Origin: Klebsormidium nitens
Lineage: Eukaryota; Plantae; Klebsormidiophyceae
Assembly: GCA_000708835.1 (NCBI GenBank)
Contig: DF237065.1
Location: 126,722 to 190,721 of the forward strand
DNA: 64,000 nt
Direction: 5' to 3'
The position numbers were made by a program, and so were the translations under genes. The notes beneath the pieces are model-generated. The model was not told the DNA's origin. It worked only from the letters and a program-made list of their open reading frames with translations, and ran no database searches. Positions 63,040 to 64,000 of this stretch are shown piece by piece. How positions within the stretch are numbered: the stretch's first letter is position 1; each line of letters begins with the position of its first letter.

Positions 63040-64000
63040 GAAGCGGTGAATGGTGGCGAATGGAAAGGTTAGGGGAGAACGGGTTAACGAGTTACATGTG
63101 TAGCAATGTAAGCTTATAAGCGTTGCAGACGACTTGGTTGTTGTGTGAGAGAGGAGTCGAGTTGGGGGTCTTAGCAATAGAGTTTGGGTCGGGGTCTTGT
63201 GACGAGGACGTAAGTATAACGATATGGCAAAGGAGCCTGCACGAGGCTCGATGTGTGATAGTTTTGGATGGCCCTTGGTCATCGCCAGAACAGTTTGTAC
63301 ATGGAGACACAAAGAGCATTTTTTGATTTTTTGGATAGTTGCAGCTTCTATATAACTCTACTTTACCCATATCTTGCTAATTGTAGTAAACAAAAACAGA
63401 GAACCTTAGTTCCGCAATGTAACTTCTGACCAGAAAGTAAGTTTTTCTAAGTACTCCCTTGACCCTAAGCGCACTGCACTACATGCTGAGTATGCCACTC
63501 ATGCTCGTGCATACCGTATACTCATCTCCTGCATAAATTCATCTCATAACCAGGCCTATAAGTAGGGACTAATATACTGGATTGTCGGCATGTATTGGCG
63601 GGCCAACGTGCACACGCGTGATGAGCCTGCACTACATGCATGATCGACGTACTCTTCGAGCAGAACATGTGCATGTGATCCTATAGACTCTAAACGTCAG
63701 AGTCACGACTTACGAGTGACTTATGAATGCATGATTGATGTGATTGAGCTACGGCCAGTGCCACCGAATCGATCATCGCATGTACATGTATAGTTATGGA
63801 TCGCGGCATACGTGTATATTGGCTTGCCTCTTCCTCTTAGGAAGAGAGTAACCATAGGAATAGCGATTTCGGCCGCTCGCGGCGCGGGGCCCGCAAAATG
63901 ACCTGCTTGAGGTGCTTGGGTTGGCTTGGCTCGACGATAAAACGTACGGTACAAGCCGATTTTTTGTCCGCATAACGGTGCGACATTTGTTGGACTGGGG

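Overview
Eukaryotic nuclear DNA with spliceosomal introns and high GC3. Gene content and style suggest a streptophyte green alga such as Klebsormidium (inference). About 12 intron-rich genes could be reconstructed by hand, with reading-frame phases that match across introns: a 7TM protein related to the membrane region of plant RGS1 but with no RGS box, DUF952, a peptidoglycan-binding-domain membrane protein, DCP1, thylakoid lumen MPH2/TL16.5, plastid pyruvate kinase alpha, a Tim17-family protein, CZIB/DUF866, a SETD9-like protein, an At5g64680-like Cys-motif protein, one unidentified exon, and a VIT/vWA protein. No rRNA, tRNA, CRISPR array or intact transposon was seen. The most unusual signal is about 35-40 degenerate copies of exon-intron junctions, counted by eye in 7 genes. 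They are stacked in the intron next to the real junction, mostly 120-200 bp apart. Distal copies tend to be more decayed, and two copies differ from the real exon almost only at synonymous sites. All homology calls come from motif recall, not database searches.
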